This document shows positions 20,127 to 29,859 of a DNA stretch of 64,000 nucleotides, one piece after another. The stretch is from Terriglobia bacterium. Lineage in GTDB: Bacteria > Acidobacteriota > Polarisedimenticolia > Polarisedimenticolales > JAIQFR01. The notes below the pieces were generated by a model. The model had not been told where the DNA came from. It made no database searches and saw nothing but the letters and a program-made list of their open reading frames with translations. Position 1 is the first letter of the stretch. The number at the start of each line of letters is the position of its first letter. The translations under genes were made by a program, and so were the position numbers. The stretch spans positions 256,001-320,000 of the forward strand of contig CAVVHE010000005.1 in NCBI GenBank assembly GCA_963748015.1, written 5' to 3'.

Positions 20127-21970
20127 CGACGGCTCCCGGGATCCGGCAGCTTCCCCGACAGAGCGCGGAGCAGCTCCTGCGATGGCTCGGCGCCGAGGCG
20201 GCGCGCGAGCGCGACTTCCTTCCAAGCCTCGGCGTAGCGTCCGGCCAGATAGTACCCCGCCGCGAGATCCGTGTGCGCGCGGGCGGACGCGGGGTCGAGC
20301 CTGCAGGCCGCTTCGAGCTCGGAGATCGCCTCGTCCGCCCGACCGGCGCGCAGCAGCAGCGCGCCGGCGTTGGCCCGCGCCTCGGGAAGGTCGGGCTCGA
20401 GGCGGGCCGCCGTCACCGCGTGGCGTAGCGCCTCGTCCCGGCGTCCGGCCTTCGCGAGCGCGACGGCGAGGTTCGAGTGCGCGTCGGCGAACGACGGCCG
20501 CATCGCGACCGCCTTCTCGAGGAGCGGTAGCGCCTCGCCGGTCTGCCCCCGCCCGAGGAGGATCACGCCCAAGCCGTTCAGCGCGTCGGGATGCGACGGG
20601 CTCGCGCGGAGCGCCTCGCGGTAGCCGGACAGGGCGGCGTCCGTCCTCCCCCGCTCCGCGAGCGCGTTCGCGAGGTTCACCTGCGCCTCCGCGTTCGGCC
20701 CCGCCGCCGAGAGGGCGTGCGTCCAGAGCGCGACCGAGTCGGTCCAAATCGACGCCTGCGCGCGAGCCGCCACGGCCAGGGCCGGGAGCACGACGAGAAG
20801 AGGCCAGAGGCTCGCCGGCGAATCGGGAGCGGGTGCCCCGGCGCGCCGCCGCCGGGCCAGCGCGTCGAGCGCATCGCTCGAGCCCCAGGCGAGCGCGACG
20901 AAGATGCCCACGAGTGGGAGATAGGTGTAGCGGTCGGCGCGTCCCTGGCTTCCGACCTGCACGAGGCCGATGACCGGAACCAGGGTCCCGAGGTACCAGA
21001 GCCAGCCCACCAGCAGATACGGATGCGACCGCCGCAGGCGGATCGCCGTGCCTGTCAACGCCGCCAAGAGGACCGCGGAGCCGGCTACCGCCGCAAGCGG
21101 CAGTTCCTTCCCGGGGTGCGGGTAGAAGACCGCGAGACCCGCCGGCCAGATCGTATCCCGCAGGTAAGCTCCGGCGGACATCACGGCGTTCCCCAGCCTG
21201 AAGGGGAAGCCGATCCGCTCGGTCAGGGCGGTGGCCTCGGCCGATCGCTGCACGAGATAGGTCACCGCCGCGGAAACGGCGGCGAGGGCGAACAACGGGG
21301 TCTTCTCGGCAAGGAGCGGCCGGACCGCGGGCCACGAAGGTTCTTCGAGCCCCGGTCTCCGGAGCGGCCACGCGTCGAGGAGGAGCATGACGAACGGGAG
21401 CGTGACCAGCATCGGCTTCGCGGCGAGCCCCGCGGCCAGAAGAACGGCGACTCCGGCCATCCTGCCGGGCGACGGCCTCCGCGCGTAACCGGCGTACGCG
21501 AGGAGTGCCGAGAGGCCCAGGAGCGTGCTCAGCACGTCCTTGCGCTCGGCGACCCACGCGACCGACTCGACGTGGAGCGGGTGGACCGCGAAGAGCGCCG
21601 CCGCGACGGCGCTCCGCCATCGCGCCGCGGTGAGGCGCTCGAGGAGGAGGAAGAGGAGGACGGCGTTCGCCGCGTGGAGGAACACGCTCACCGCGTGGTG
21701 TCCCCCGGCGCGCGGGCCGAACAGCGTCCAGTCGAGGAGGTGGGACAGCCAGGTCAGCGGGTGCCAGTTGGCGGCGTACCCGGCGGTGAGGGCCCACCGG
21801 AGCGACGCCGCTGTGAGCCCCTCGTGGAGGTGCGGGTTTCGCGCGACGTACTGAGGGTCGTCGTAGTTGACGAACTCCGCCGAGAACAGCGGCCAGAAGA
21901 CGGCGACGACGGCCGCCGCGAGGACCAGCGCCGCCGCGAGCCGGAACGCCGTCACGCGGGAAGGATCCAC
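20123..21970 (-). CDS. TMTC-like (GT-C) membrane glycosyltransferase with C-terminal TPRs
   Basis: FVNYDDPQYV, NWHPLTWLSH, HPLHVESVAWVAERKDVL, ADRYTYLP, then TPRs. Start position uncertain. Confidence 0.88.
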   Translation of the reverse strand: MDPSRVTAFRLAAALVLAAAVVAVFWPLFSAEFVNYDDPQYVARNPHLHEGLTAASLRWALTAGYAANWHPLTWLSHLLDWTLFGPRAGGHHAVSVFLHAANAVLLFLLLERLTAARWRSAVAAALFAVHPLHVESVAWVAERKDVLSTLLGLSALLAYAGYARRPSPGRMAGVAVLLAAGLAAKPMLVTLPFVMLLLDAWPLRRPGLEEPSWPAVRPLLAEKTPLFALAAVSAAVTYLVQRSAEATALTERIGFPFRLGNAVMSAGAYLRDTIWPAGLAVFYPHPGKELPLAAVAGSAVLLAALTGTAIRLRRSHPYLLVGWLWYLGTLVPVIGLVQVGSQGRADRYTYLPLVGIFVALAWGSSDALDALARRRRAGAPAPDSPASLWPLLVVLPALAVAARAQASIWTDSVALWTHALSAAGPNAEAQVNLANALAERGRTDAALSGYREALRASPSHPDALNGLGVILLGRGQTGEALPLLEKAVAMRPSFADAHSNLAVALAKAGRRDEALRHAVTAARLEPDLPEARANAGALLLRAGRADEAISELEAACRLDPASARAHTDLAAGYYLAGRYAEAWKEVALARRLGAEPSQELLRALSGKLPDPGSRR

Positions 21971-22011
21971 CGCAAGAGGATAGCTCACGCCGCGCCGGGG
22001 GGCGGGGACCG

Positions 22012-22068
22012 AAAACACCTCGGGCCCGTGCCCCGCCGCTACCGCGGCGTGAGCACGGGCCCGGGGTG
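22012..22068 (-). terminator. Intrinsic terminator-like hairpin after the S8 protease gene
   Basis: Long GC stem 22016-22068 followed on the minus strand by TTTT, 12 nt past the stop codon. Confidence 0.65.
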
Positions 22069-22080
22069 GACTTTCCTGGC

Positions 22081-25000
22081 TTACGGACAGGTCGTGCTCA
22101 CCCGCTGAGTCGAGGGCACGCCGTTGACGGCCTGGTATCCGTAGGTCCCGGCGCCGCAGGTAATCCCGCCGCGGACCAGATACCAGAATCCGGCGCCCGA
22201 TCCCGGAACCTCCACGTCGGTCACCGAGAGGAGCGCCGTCTGGTTTGCGAGACAGGTCTCGTCCCCGCCGCCGGGACCGACGGGCAGGGAGCTCAGGAGC
22301 CCCTTGAGCACGTCGGACCAGGTCGCGCCGGTCGCCAGATTGAAGGTGATGACGGCGTCGGTCCCGCTCTTCGAGACGAAGACGTTGTTGTCCACCTCCG
22401 GAGGCGCGACGCAAACGTTGTCGGCGGCGGACGCGCCCGCTGTGGTGGCGTTCAGCCCGCAACCGTTGTTGTAACGAACGCTGTAGCTGTAGCTGGTTCC
22501 GTTCACCCCGGTCGTGTCGGTGTACGTCGTCGTCCCGTACGCGATGCCGGTCGCGATGGGCGAACCGTCGCGCAGCACGTCGTAGGTGCGGGTGCCGCTT
22601 CCGCTGTCGCCCCAGTTCCCGGCATCCTGCGCCCAGCTCACCTGGACGCCGGTGTCCGCGATCGGGTCGAGATCGGCCGCGGTGTTGTTCGTGAGCGCGC
22701 TCGGCGCGTTGCAGGCCGGCCCGCACCCGGGCAGGCCGGTATTGCGGGTGGGCTCGCACACGAGCGTCTGCTTGAGGCCGGTGATCACCACGTTGTCCAC
22801 GCCGAAGCCGCCGTAGCCGGTGCCGCCGGCCGCGGAGTCGGAGCCGAGCCTCCAGCGGAACTGCACGGTCTGCCCGGCGGAAGCGACGACGCCCGGAGCG
22901 TCGGTGGCGGTCCAGCTCACGCCGGTGCCGGTCCACGCGGTGACCCCGGTCGCGAGCGGGCTGCAGTAGTTCCCCGTGGTCGTGGGCGCCTGTGCCGGGG
23001 TGGCGTTGGCGAGGTAGCTCCAGCCGGTGTTGGCCACGTTGTACTGGACGACGGCGCCGTCGTAGGGCGACTCCGTGCGGTACGCCACCGAGAACTGCAG
23101 CGTCACGTTGCCGTTGGCGACGAGGAGCGGCGAGTAGAGCGTCGAGGAGTCGTAGTCGAGATCGTAGTTCTGCCCGGAGGTCCCGAAGGGGCTGTTGCCG
23201 ATCCAGGCGCCGTACCCGCCCCCTCCGTTGCCGCAAACCGAGCACCAGTGGAAGTTGTTGGAGTAGGGCTGCGTGCACCCCTCGTCGTCCGGGGTCGCGC
23301 CCGTCTGCCAGCCCGGATCGGTGCCGAAGTTCTGCGTCAGGGTGTAGCTGCCGCCGGTCGTGGTCGTGTCGAGGTCGAGGTCCAAACCGAAGGTCTGCAG
23401 CGCCGCGGAGCCGTCGAAGGCGGTTCCGGTGATCACGACGACGAAGCTCGCCTTCGGCGAATTCTGCCAGTCGGTGCAGGCGACGGCCGGGGCGACGTGG
23501 ATCGTGAACCGGTCGGATGACGGGTTGGTCACGGTCGCGCCGGCGGCCACCGTGCCGTAGAGCGCCTGATCGTCCGTGATGCAGTCCACGGTGCTCGGCG
23601 TGGTCGTGTAAATCTTCACCTTCGCGTTGGTGAGATCGGTCCCCATGCTGTTCTTGATGGCGATGTCGAGGGTGACCGTCTCGTTGTTGTCCGGGATGTT
23701 GTCGCCGTCCCCGTTCTCCGAGACCACCGTGGAGGACATGAAGGCGACGCTGCCGCCGGTGCAGCCGGTGAGGGCATTCGCGGTCGTGCTGCCGGCGGGC
23801 GAGCCGTCGGTGTAGGTCGCGCTGAGCGTCTCGCTCGGCAGGACGAACAGCACGCCGTTGTTGGCCCCGATCCCGGTCGTGGTGTTCAGGGTCAGCGTGC
23901 CCGAGAAGTAGGGGGCCGTCCCGGTCAGGGTGACGATCTCGCTATCGCCGGTCCCCGGACTCGTCACGGTGACCTGGATGGGCGCCACCGCGTTGGCGTC
24001 CACCACGCTGATCACGGCCGTGGAGGCTGGGCAATCGTCGTAGGCGTACCGGTCGAAGGCCACCTGGCCGACCTGGCCGCCGCCGCCGCACGAGGCGCCG
24101 GCCTGAGCGGCCTTGTAGTACTCGTCGTAGACCAGCCGTTCGTTGTCGAGGGCGATGTCGCGCCGGGCGGGGTGAGTGGTCTGCCCGTTCCACCAGTAGA
24201 CGTCCCCGTGCTCGTGGCCGTAGGCGAAGTACGTGCCGGCCGTCGCGAGGCCGGTCACGCTCGCGCCGAAGGTGATGAACAGCTGATTCGGCGCGCCGCC
24301 GCTGCTCGGCCCGAGGCGCGGATCGTCCGGCGTCCCCGTGTTGGCGGTTTCCCAGTTCCAGGTGCCCACGTAGTCGAAGATCGTGTGGTAGTAGTACGCC
24401 ACCGCGATCGGGAAGCCGAGCGCCTGGTCGCCCGTCGGGTTGACCGCGCTGTTCCACTTGTCGTTGTAGAAACCTCCCCACACGCCGCCCTGGTTCCCGA
24501 GGACCTCGGACGCGTGGTAGAACGAGTGCCACTTCCAGACGTAATGGTACGGCTGGCCGTTCGGCGCGTTCCCGACGAGCGCGGGCTGGAACTTCTGGAG
24601 CAGGAACGAGTCCGAGCTGGCGGAGAAGTTGGTCGTGGTGGCCGAATTGCCGACCATCGCCCCGGCATTCGCCGTGGCGTTGCCGCAGGCGCCGTCGACG
24701 CGGTTCTCGCTACTCACGGTGGCGGGAGTCGTCGCGGCCCCGGTCCACCGCCACGGGTTGAGAACCGTTCCGGTGGTGTGCGTGACCCCGCTCTCGTACC
24801 ACGGCGTGAGCGCCGTGTTGAAGGTGGTGCACTGCGACTGCCGCGAGATCGAGTCGTCCGCCTGGAGCGACTGGACCTGCGTCAGGCGCTTCGGTGCGGG
24901 GTAGCCGTCGGCGGGCGACGTGATGTCGAAATCGAAGTTGACGTCGGTCAGGCCGGCGACGGAAGGGTCGGTGTAGACCTGGAAGACGGCTCCCGTGAGA

Positions 25001-28000
25001 GCGCCCGCGGGGACCGCCCCGACGCGCACCGGGTTGTTCAGCACCGTCATCTTGGAGGCGCCGGCTCCCGAGAAGGAGAGGCTGACGTAGACGTCGGTCA
25101 GGGCCACCCCCGTCTGGTTCGTGAAGCCGAAGGTGTAGGAGGTGTACTCGCCGCCGTCCATGTACTTGTTGTAGAACTCGTTGCTCGCGCCGTTCGAGAG
25201 CGGCCCCGCGACCATGTCCGTGCCCGCGGCGTTGTTGTCGCAACCGCCCTCGAGGATCGTCCCTCCGTCGTTCGCGGCGAGCTGGCAGGAGATGGTCGCG
25301 ACGGCCGGCGTCACTGCGGCGTACGTGGCGGTGATCGTCCCGCCGTCGACCACCGCGATGCCGCTGCCGGTCGTGATCGAGCCCGTGAAGACGCCGCCCG
25401 AGCCCGTGCAGCTAACCGTCTGCGTGTCGATGACCGCGCTCGCGGCGTTCCTGCTGGTCAGGGTCACGGAGACGGGCGACGTGGCCGACGCGTCGTTCAC
25501 CGTGACGTTCACGTTCTGCGCGCAGTTGTACCTCGACTGGTCCAGGTAGACCTGGGTCACGTTCTGCGCCGCGACGTCGCCGACGACGACCAGGGAGTAG
25601 TTCATGCCGCCCGGGTCGTTGAAGCCGATCACGTCCACCTGGATCGTGCCCGAGGCCGGCAGGCCGTGGGCCGCGTCGAGGAAGACTCCCTCGGTGTTGT
25701 TCGTGTGATCCCGCGTCGCGGTGGCGGCGGTGCTCCACCCGCCGGAGAAGTTGTTCCCCCAGTAGACGTTGGCGCCGATCGTCACCTTGAGGTCGGCGTC
25801 CTTCTGCAGGACGTCGCCCGAGGCGTCGTAGTAGGTCATCATGACGCGCAGCGGGAGGCTGTTGCCGTTGATCGTGTAGTAGAAGGTCTTCGTGGAGCCG
25901 TCGCCCAGGGCGTCGTTGTTCTGGACCCAGAGGAAGGGTGGGGAGGAGCCGACGTGCAGGGCACCCGGGAGATTCGCCCGGCCGTACCCCACGTCGCTGC
26001 CGTAGCGCTTCGCGATCGCGATGCTGGTCTGGGGCGACGCGGTGGTAATCATGTCCTCGCCGGACGCGAGGATCACGGCCTTCACCAGCGATCCCGAGGG
26101 AGTGAGCGCGTTGGCGGGGTTCGCCGATCCTCCCGGATAGAACCCGGCCAGGAAGTAGTCGCGCACGATCGCCGCGAGTCCCGCGACCTCGGGCGCCGAG
26201 AACGAGGTGCCCCCGAAGTTGTTCTGGTTGGTCCAGTCCCAGTAGACGTTCTTCGTGACGTCGGTCTGGCACATCGCGGCCGGGCGCTCGCCGGCCTCGA
26301 CCTCACCCCCGACCGGGGCGCTGAAGGCCATGAAGCCGAGGATGTCGGGCTTCGTGCGCCCGGAGCCCACGACCGGCCCACGGCTCGAGCCGAGGTCGTT
26401 CGCGCTGCACGCGGCCAGGCCGTCCCAGAGGCAGTCGATGAAGAGGGAGGTGTAGTTCGCCGCGTCCGCGCCGCCCACGCAGATCACGTTCTTCGCCGTG
26501 CACGAATCGTTGATGGTGCTCGCACCCGCCGCCCCGCTGTTGCCGGCGGACACCGTCATGACGAAGTTCGGGTTGTTGAAGAGCGTGGTGTCGAAGTTGT
26601 CGGCCCGGGTGTCGTAGGTCGGCGTGTTCGCCCCCCAGGAGTGGTTCTGGACGTACGAGCCCTTTGCAATGGCGGCAGCGACGGCCAGCGACATGTCGAG
26701 CGGCGGGGCGAGCGAGCCGCCCGCCACCCCGATGTCCTGGAAGTAGACTTTGGCGTCCCGCGCGATCCCGTTGTCGTAGTACTCGGGCGGGGTGTTGACC
26801 GTGTCGGGATTGGCGGTCATGTTGGAGATCGAGCCGACCGCATGCTGGCTCGTCCAGGTGCCGTGGCCGCCGTCGGCGGTCGTGTACGCGTTGACGCAGA
26901 CGTCGCCGCCGTAGTTGTCGTAGCCGACGACCTTCCTGTGGGTCGGCCCGACGGTGCCGACGCTTACGGTGTCCTGGGCGAAGTGCTCCATGTTCGTGTT
27001 GAGGCCCGTATCCATCACGGTGACGACCTGGGCCGTCCCGCTGGCGTTCCCGTCGAGCCCGGCGTTCCAGAGCTTCCACCCTGAGGCGGTGCTCGTCGTG
27101 AACGCGCCGTTGTTCTGGAGGATCATCGGAATGGCCGCCGGCGACGTCGAGGAGGCCATGAGGCGGGGGTAGGTCTTCTCGGCGAGGCGCTTCACCCCCG
27201 GGATCTTCGCCAGGGACGGGATCTGGTCCGGCGAGGCGGCGACGGACAGGACCGTCAACTCCTCGCTGGAGAGCGATTCCTCGCTCTTCGGGGCGAGCCC
27301 GAGGCGGCCGAGCGCGACCAGGACCGCGGTCACGTCCGCCCCCTTGTGAAGGGTGACGTCGAAGACCCACGGCTTCGACTGGCCGGTCGCGGCCTCGAAG
27401 GCCTCACCCCAGGGAATGCTCTCGAGGCCGATGCGGGGGCCGATCTTGTAGGCCGGGTGGTAGTCCCCGACGAAGGTCACGAACGGGAGCCGTTTCACGG
27501 ACGAGAAGGACCCGGAGGGGATCCGCGCGACGTACGTGTTGATGTTGAGGTACTCGCCGAGGACCGCGCCGGCCGCCTCGAGGGCATCGACCTCGTTCTG
27601 GGTCCGAGTCATGCCCTTGATCTTGACGAGGTAGAAGCCCTCCGCCTGGGAGAGCTGGCTGCCGGCCTCGAGCAGGAGGTCCTTGGGCATGCGGGAATGG
27701 GCCGCCTCGGGATTGCGCACGTCGAGGGCGGCCACGCCGTTCACGAGGATCTCGTCCTCGGTCATTGTCTCGGCACGCTGGTCCACGGCCGTGTAGGGCG
27801 GGAGCGCGCTCGCGTACGGCCACCAAGACCTGCCGCGCTGTACCTCGGCCCTACCCCTCTCGCTCTGCGGCTCGACTCCACGCCTGGGCGCGGCCGCCAC
27901 GGCGGCGGGGGAAACGGGATTGCCGGCCGCGTCGGTGACCGCCGTCACCGCACCGCTGGCCGACGGCGGCGCGGCCGGACCGGTGGGCCTGGGCGGCTCG

Positions 28001-28074
28001 TCCGCGGCGAGGGCCCACGTCGTTGCGATGAGTGCGAGAACGATGAGTGCGAATCCTGATAGGCCTCGGCGCAT
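22081..28074 (-). CDS. Large secreted S8 (subtilisin-family) serine protease, about 1997 aa
   Basis: Signal peptide after a GGAGG RBS. Catalytic motifs VMDTG, HGTW and GTSFSAP with oxyanion AGNSG, then many Thr/Gly-rich beta domains. Confidence 0.92.
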   Translation of the reverse strand: MRRGLSGFALIVLALIATTWALAADEPPRPTGPAAPPSASGAVTAVTDAAGNPVSPAAVAAAPRRGVEPQSERGRAEVQRGRSWWPYASALPPYTAVDQRAETMTEDEILVNGVAALDVRNPEAAHSRMPKDLLLEAGSQLSQAEGFYLVKIKGMTRTQNEVDALEAAGAVLGEYLNINTYVARIPSGSFSSVKRLPFVTFVGDYHPAYKIGPRIGLESIPWGEAFEAATGQSKPWVFDVTLHKGADVTAVLVALGRLGLAPKSEESLSSEELTVLSVAASPDQIPSLAKIPGVKRLAEKTYPRLMASSTSPAAIPMILQNNGAFTTSTASGWKLWNAGLDGNASGTAQVVTVMDTGLNTNMEHFAQDTVSVGTVGPTHRKVVGYDNYGGDVCVNAYTTADGGHGTWTSQHAVGSISNMTANPDTVNTPPEYYDNGIARDAKVYFQDIGVAGGSLAPPLDMSLAVAAAIAKGSYVQNHSWGANTPTYDTRADNFDTTLFNNPNFVMTVSAGNSGAAGASTINDSCTAKNVICVGGADAANYTSLFIDCLWDGLAACSANDLGSSRGPVVGSGRTKPDILGFMAFSAPVGGEVEAGERPAAMCQTDVTKNVYWDWTNQNNFGGTSFSAPEVAGLAAIVRDYFLAGFYPGGSANPANALTPSGSLVKAVILASGEDMITTASPQTSIAIAKRYGSDVGYGRANLPGALHVGSSPPFLWVQNNDALGDGSTKTFYYTINGNSLPLRVMMTYYDASGDVLQKDADLKVTIGANVYWGNNFSGGWSTAATATRDHTNNTEGVFLDAAHGLPASGTIQVDVIGFNDPGGMNYSLVVVGDVAAQNVTQVYLDQSRYNCAQNVNVTVNDASATSPVSVTLTSRNAASAVIDTQTVSCTGSGGVFTGSITTGSGIAVVDGGTITATYAAVTPAVATISCQLAANDGGTILEGGCDNNAAGTDMVAGPLSNGASNEFYNKYMDGGEYTSYTFGFTNQTGVALTDVYVSLSFSGAGASKMTVLNNPVRVGAVPAGALTGAVFQVYTDPSVAGLTDVNFDFDITSPADGYPAPKRLTQVQSLQADDSISRQSQCTTFNTALTPWYESGVTHTTGTVLNPWRWTGAATTPATVSSENRVDGACGNATANAGAMVGNSATTTNFSASSDSFLLQKFQPALVGNAPNGQPYHYVWKWHSFYHASEVLGNQGGVWGGFYNDKWNSAVNPTGDQALGFPIAVAYYYHTIFDYVGTWNWETANTGTPDDPRLGPSSGGAPNQLFITFGASVTGLATAGTYFAYGHEHGDVYWWNGQTTHPARRDIALDNERLVYDEYYKAAQAGASCGGGGQVGQVAFDRYAYDDCPASTAVISVVDANAVAPIQVTVTSPGTGDSEIVTLTGTAPYFSGTLTLNTTTGIGANNGVLFVLPSETLSATYTDGSPAGSTTANALTGCTGGSVAFMSSTVVSENGDGDNIPDNNETVTLDIAIKNSMGTDLTNAKVKIYTTTPSTVDCITDDQALYGTVAAGATVTNPSSDRFTIHVAPAVACTDWQNSPKASFVVVITGTAFDGSAALQTFGLDLDLDTTTTGGSYTLTQNFGTDPGWQTGATPDDEGCTQPYSNNFHWCSVCGNGGGGYGAWIGNSPFGTSGQNYDLDYDSSTLYSPLLVANGNVTLQFSVAYRTESPYDGAVVQYNVANTGWSYLANATPAQAPTTTGNYCSPLATGVTAWTGTGVSWTATDAPGVVASAGQTVQFRWRLGSDSAAGGTGYGGFGVDNVVITGLKQTLVCEPTRNTGLPGCGPACNAPSALTNNTAADLDPIADTGVQVSWAQDAGNWGDSGSGTRTYDVLRDGSPIATGIAYGTTTYTDTTGVNGTSYSYSVRYNNGCGLNATTAGASAADNVCVAPPEVDNNVFVSKSGTDAVITFNLATGATWSDVLKGLLSSLPVGPGGGDETCLANQTALLSVTDVEVPGSGAGFWYLVRGGITCGAGTYGYQAVNGVPSTQRVSTTCP

Positions 28075-28371
28075 CGTAACCTCCTGCGGTGTCGTCCCTT
28101 TCGAGACTCCTGCCCCGTGATCCTTGCCGCTTCGCTCTTCGCTCGCCGGACGTCCGAGGGATCGGACGCGCGCATCCGCGTCGACACCTACGGTCGGCTG
28201 GGGTCGGCGCAAACCGCTACCCCGTTGCTGAAATCCGTTGGTCCTTCCGGCGCTGTTCCAGACCGGATACTTACGAGGAGCCGACCCGTCCGTCAAGGAG
28301 AAAGCTATCAATTACTTGAGTCCTGCGGAGCGGGGAGAAGCAAGGCCCCAGGTCGGGCAGACGGGGGGTAA

Positions 28372-29859
28372 CTACGTCGAGAACATCTCCGCGGCGGGCA
28401 CGATTCTGAGGCGGTTCCGGTTGACCCGGAGGGGGAAGACGGCGATTTCCGCGTCCTCCCGAAGCACCTCCGCCTTGGTCGCTGTGGCGTACTCGATCGG
28501 GGACGGGACCCCGGAGACCAGTCCGTCCGCAAGGACCTTCGCCGTGTCTTCGTCCGTCACGACGGCCAGGTGAGCGTTTTCCCCCTGGAGGTGCTTTCGG
28601 ATCGCCCCGTTCACCTCCTCGACCGTCATGGACGGCAGTCGCCGGAAAAGCTCGTCGGAGACGGCCGCGCGGCCATAGAACTTCCCGTCCAGGGCATAGC
28701 CGAGGCGCCGCGAGGCGGTTTGGGTCCAGAGGCGGCCGTAGCTCGCCAGGAAATCGCGCGTGGCGTCGAACTCCACCGCGGTCAATCCCTCGCGCACGAG
28801 CCGCTCGAGCTCCCGCAGGGCCTGGCGAATGGCGAAGTGCGCGTGCGCGGGCGCGACCGGCCGGATCCAGATCGTGAACGCCTGTCGGCGCCGCGGAACG
28901 TTCGGTAGGGGGAACGTCGAGCCGCCGTCCTGGACGAAGCTCTCGACGTACGAGTAGTCGCCGTAGTTGAGGCCGCGGTCCGCGCGCATCTTGTTCATGA
29001 GGCGGCCGTTGAACGTGCGGTGCTCGCCGAGGCAGGAATTCGCCACGAACAGCGGGTAGAAGTCGTCGTCGGCCCGCGTCACGGAGATCGGGAACCCGAG
29101 CGAGATCGCGGCGGCGCGGCAGGGCTTGGTCACGATCGTCGCCTCTATCCCCTCGGGCGCTCGCGCGGGAGGGATCGCCGCGCGCCGCGGCCTCCCCGCC
29201 GGCAGCCGCTCTATGCCGGCCGCGACCTCCGCGGCGAAGCCGGCGGGGTACCCCCCGGCGAGTCCCAGCTCGACGTTGGCGCGGGTGAAGTGAGCCACCC
29301 GGAAGGACTTGACGTCGTCGAGGGTGACCGCCTTCAGTCCCCCTACGGTCCCCTGGACCGGCCTACCGTAGGGGTGGCCCGCGAACACGGCCGCCTCGAG
29401 CGCTTCCTTTCCCAGCCCCTCGTCGTCCGTTCCACGGAGCCGGGTCACGAGATCGTTGAGCTGGTCGGCCTTGAGCCGCTCGAAGTCGGCCACGCCGAAG
29501 CGCGGCGCGACGAGCACCTCGCTCAAGAGCTCGTGGTAGCGTTCGAGGTTATCGCGGTGGACGGTTCCGGTGACCACCGTGACTTCCCTGTCCGCCCGCG
29601 CGCCGATGGTGGCGGCCATCGGGAAGAGGGCGCCGAGGAGCTCGGGATATGCGAGCTTCTCCGACCCTCCCTCGGCGAGCATCGCCGCGGTCAGGGCGGC
29701 GAGCCCTTCCTTACCCTTCGGGTCGTCCACGCTGCCGGCGTGAAACAGGATCCGGAACGCGACCAGAGGATCGTCCCGGGAGGGAAGGAGCGTGGACGGG
29801 ATCTCCTGCCCGGCCGGCGGGAGCGGGTCTTCCGGGGCGGGGTGCTCGCGACCGGTCAT
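28372..29859 (-). CDS. M16 family peptidase, non-catalytic subunit
   Basis: GSVDDPKGKEGLAALTA, HPYGRP, RADRGLNYG. No HxxEH motif. Confidence 0.88.
   Translation of the reverse strand: MTGREHPAPEDPLPPAGQEIPSTLLPSRDDPLVAFRILFHAGSVDDPKGKEGLAALTAAMLAEGGSEKLAYPELLGALFPMAATIGARADREVTVVTGTVHRDNLERYHELLSEVLVAPRFGVADFERLKADQLNDLVTRLRGTDDEGLGKEALEAAVFAGHPYGRPVQGTVGGLKAVTLDDVKSFRVAHFTRANVELGLAGGYPAGFAAEVAAGIERLPAGRPRRAAIPPARAPEGIEATIVTKPCRAAAISLGFPISVTRADDDFYPLFVANSCLGEHRTFNGRLMNKMRADRGLNYGDYSYVESFVQDGGSTFPLPNVPRRRQAFTIWIRPVAPAHAHFAIRQALRELERLVREGLTAVEFDATRDFLASYGRLWTQTASRRLGYALDGKFYGRAAVSDELFRRLPSMTVEEVNGAIRKHLQGENAHLAVVTDEDTAKVLADGLVSGVPSPIEYATATKAEVLREDAEIAVFPLRVNRNRLRIVPAAEMFST

Noticed and set aside
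24172..27084. 970-aa plus-strand ORF
   Set aside because: Antisense shadow of the S8 protease gene.
28075..28320. Long leader of the S8 gene considered as a c-di-GMP riboswitch
   Set aside because: No GEMM consensus on the coding strand. An Rfam scan would be needed to exclude other motifs.
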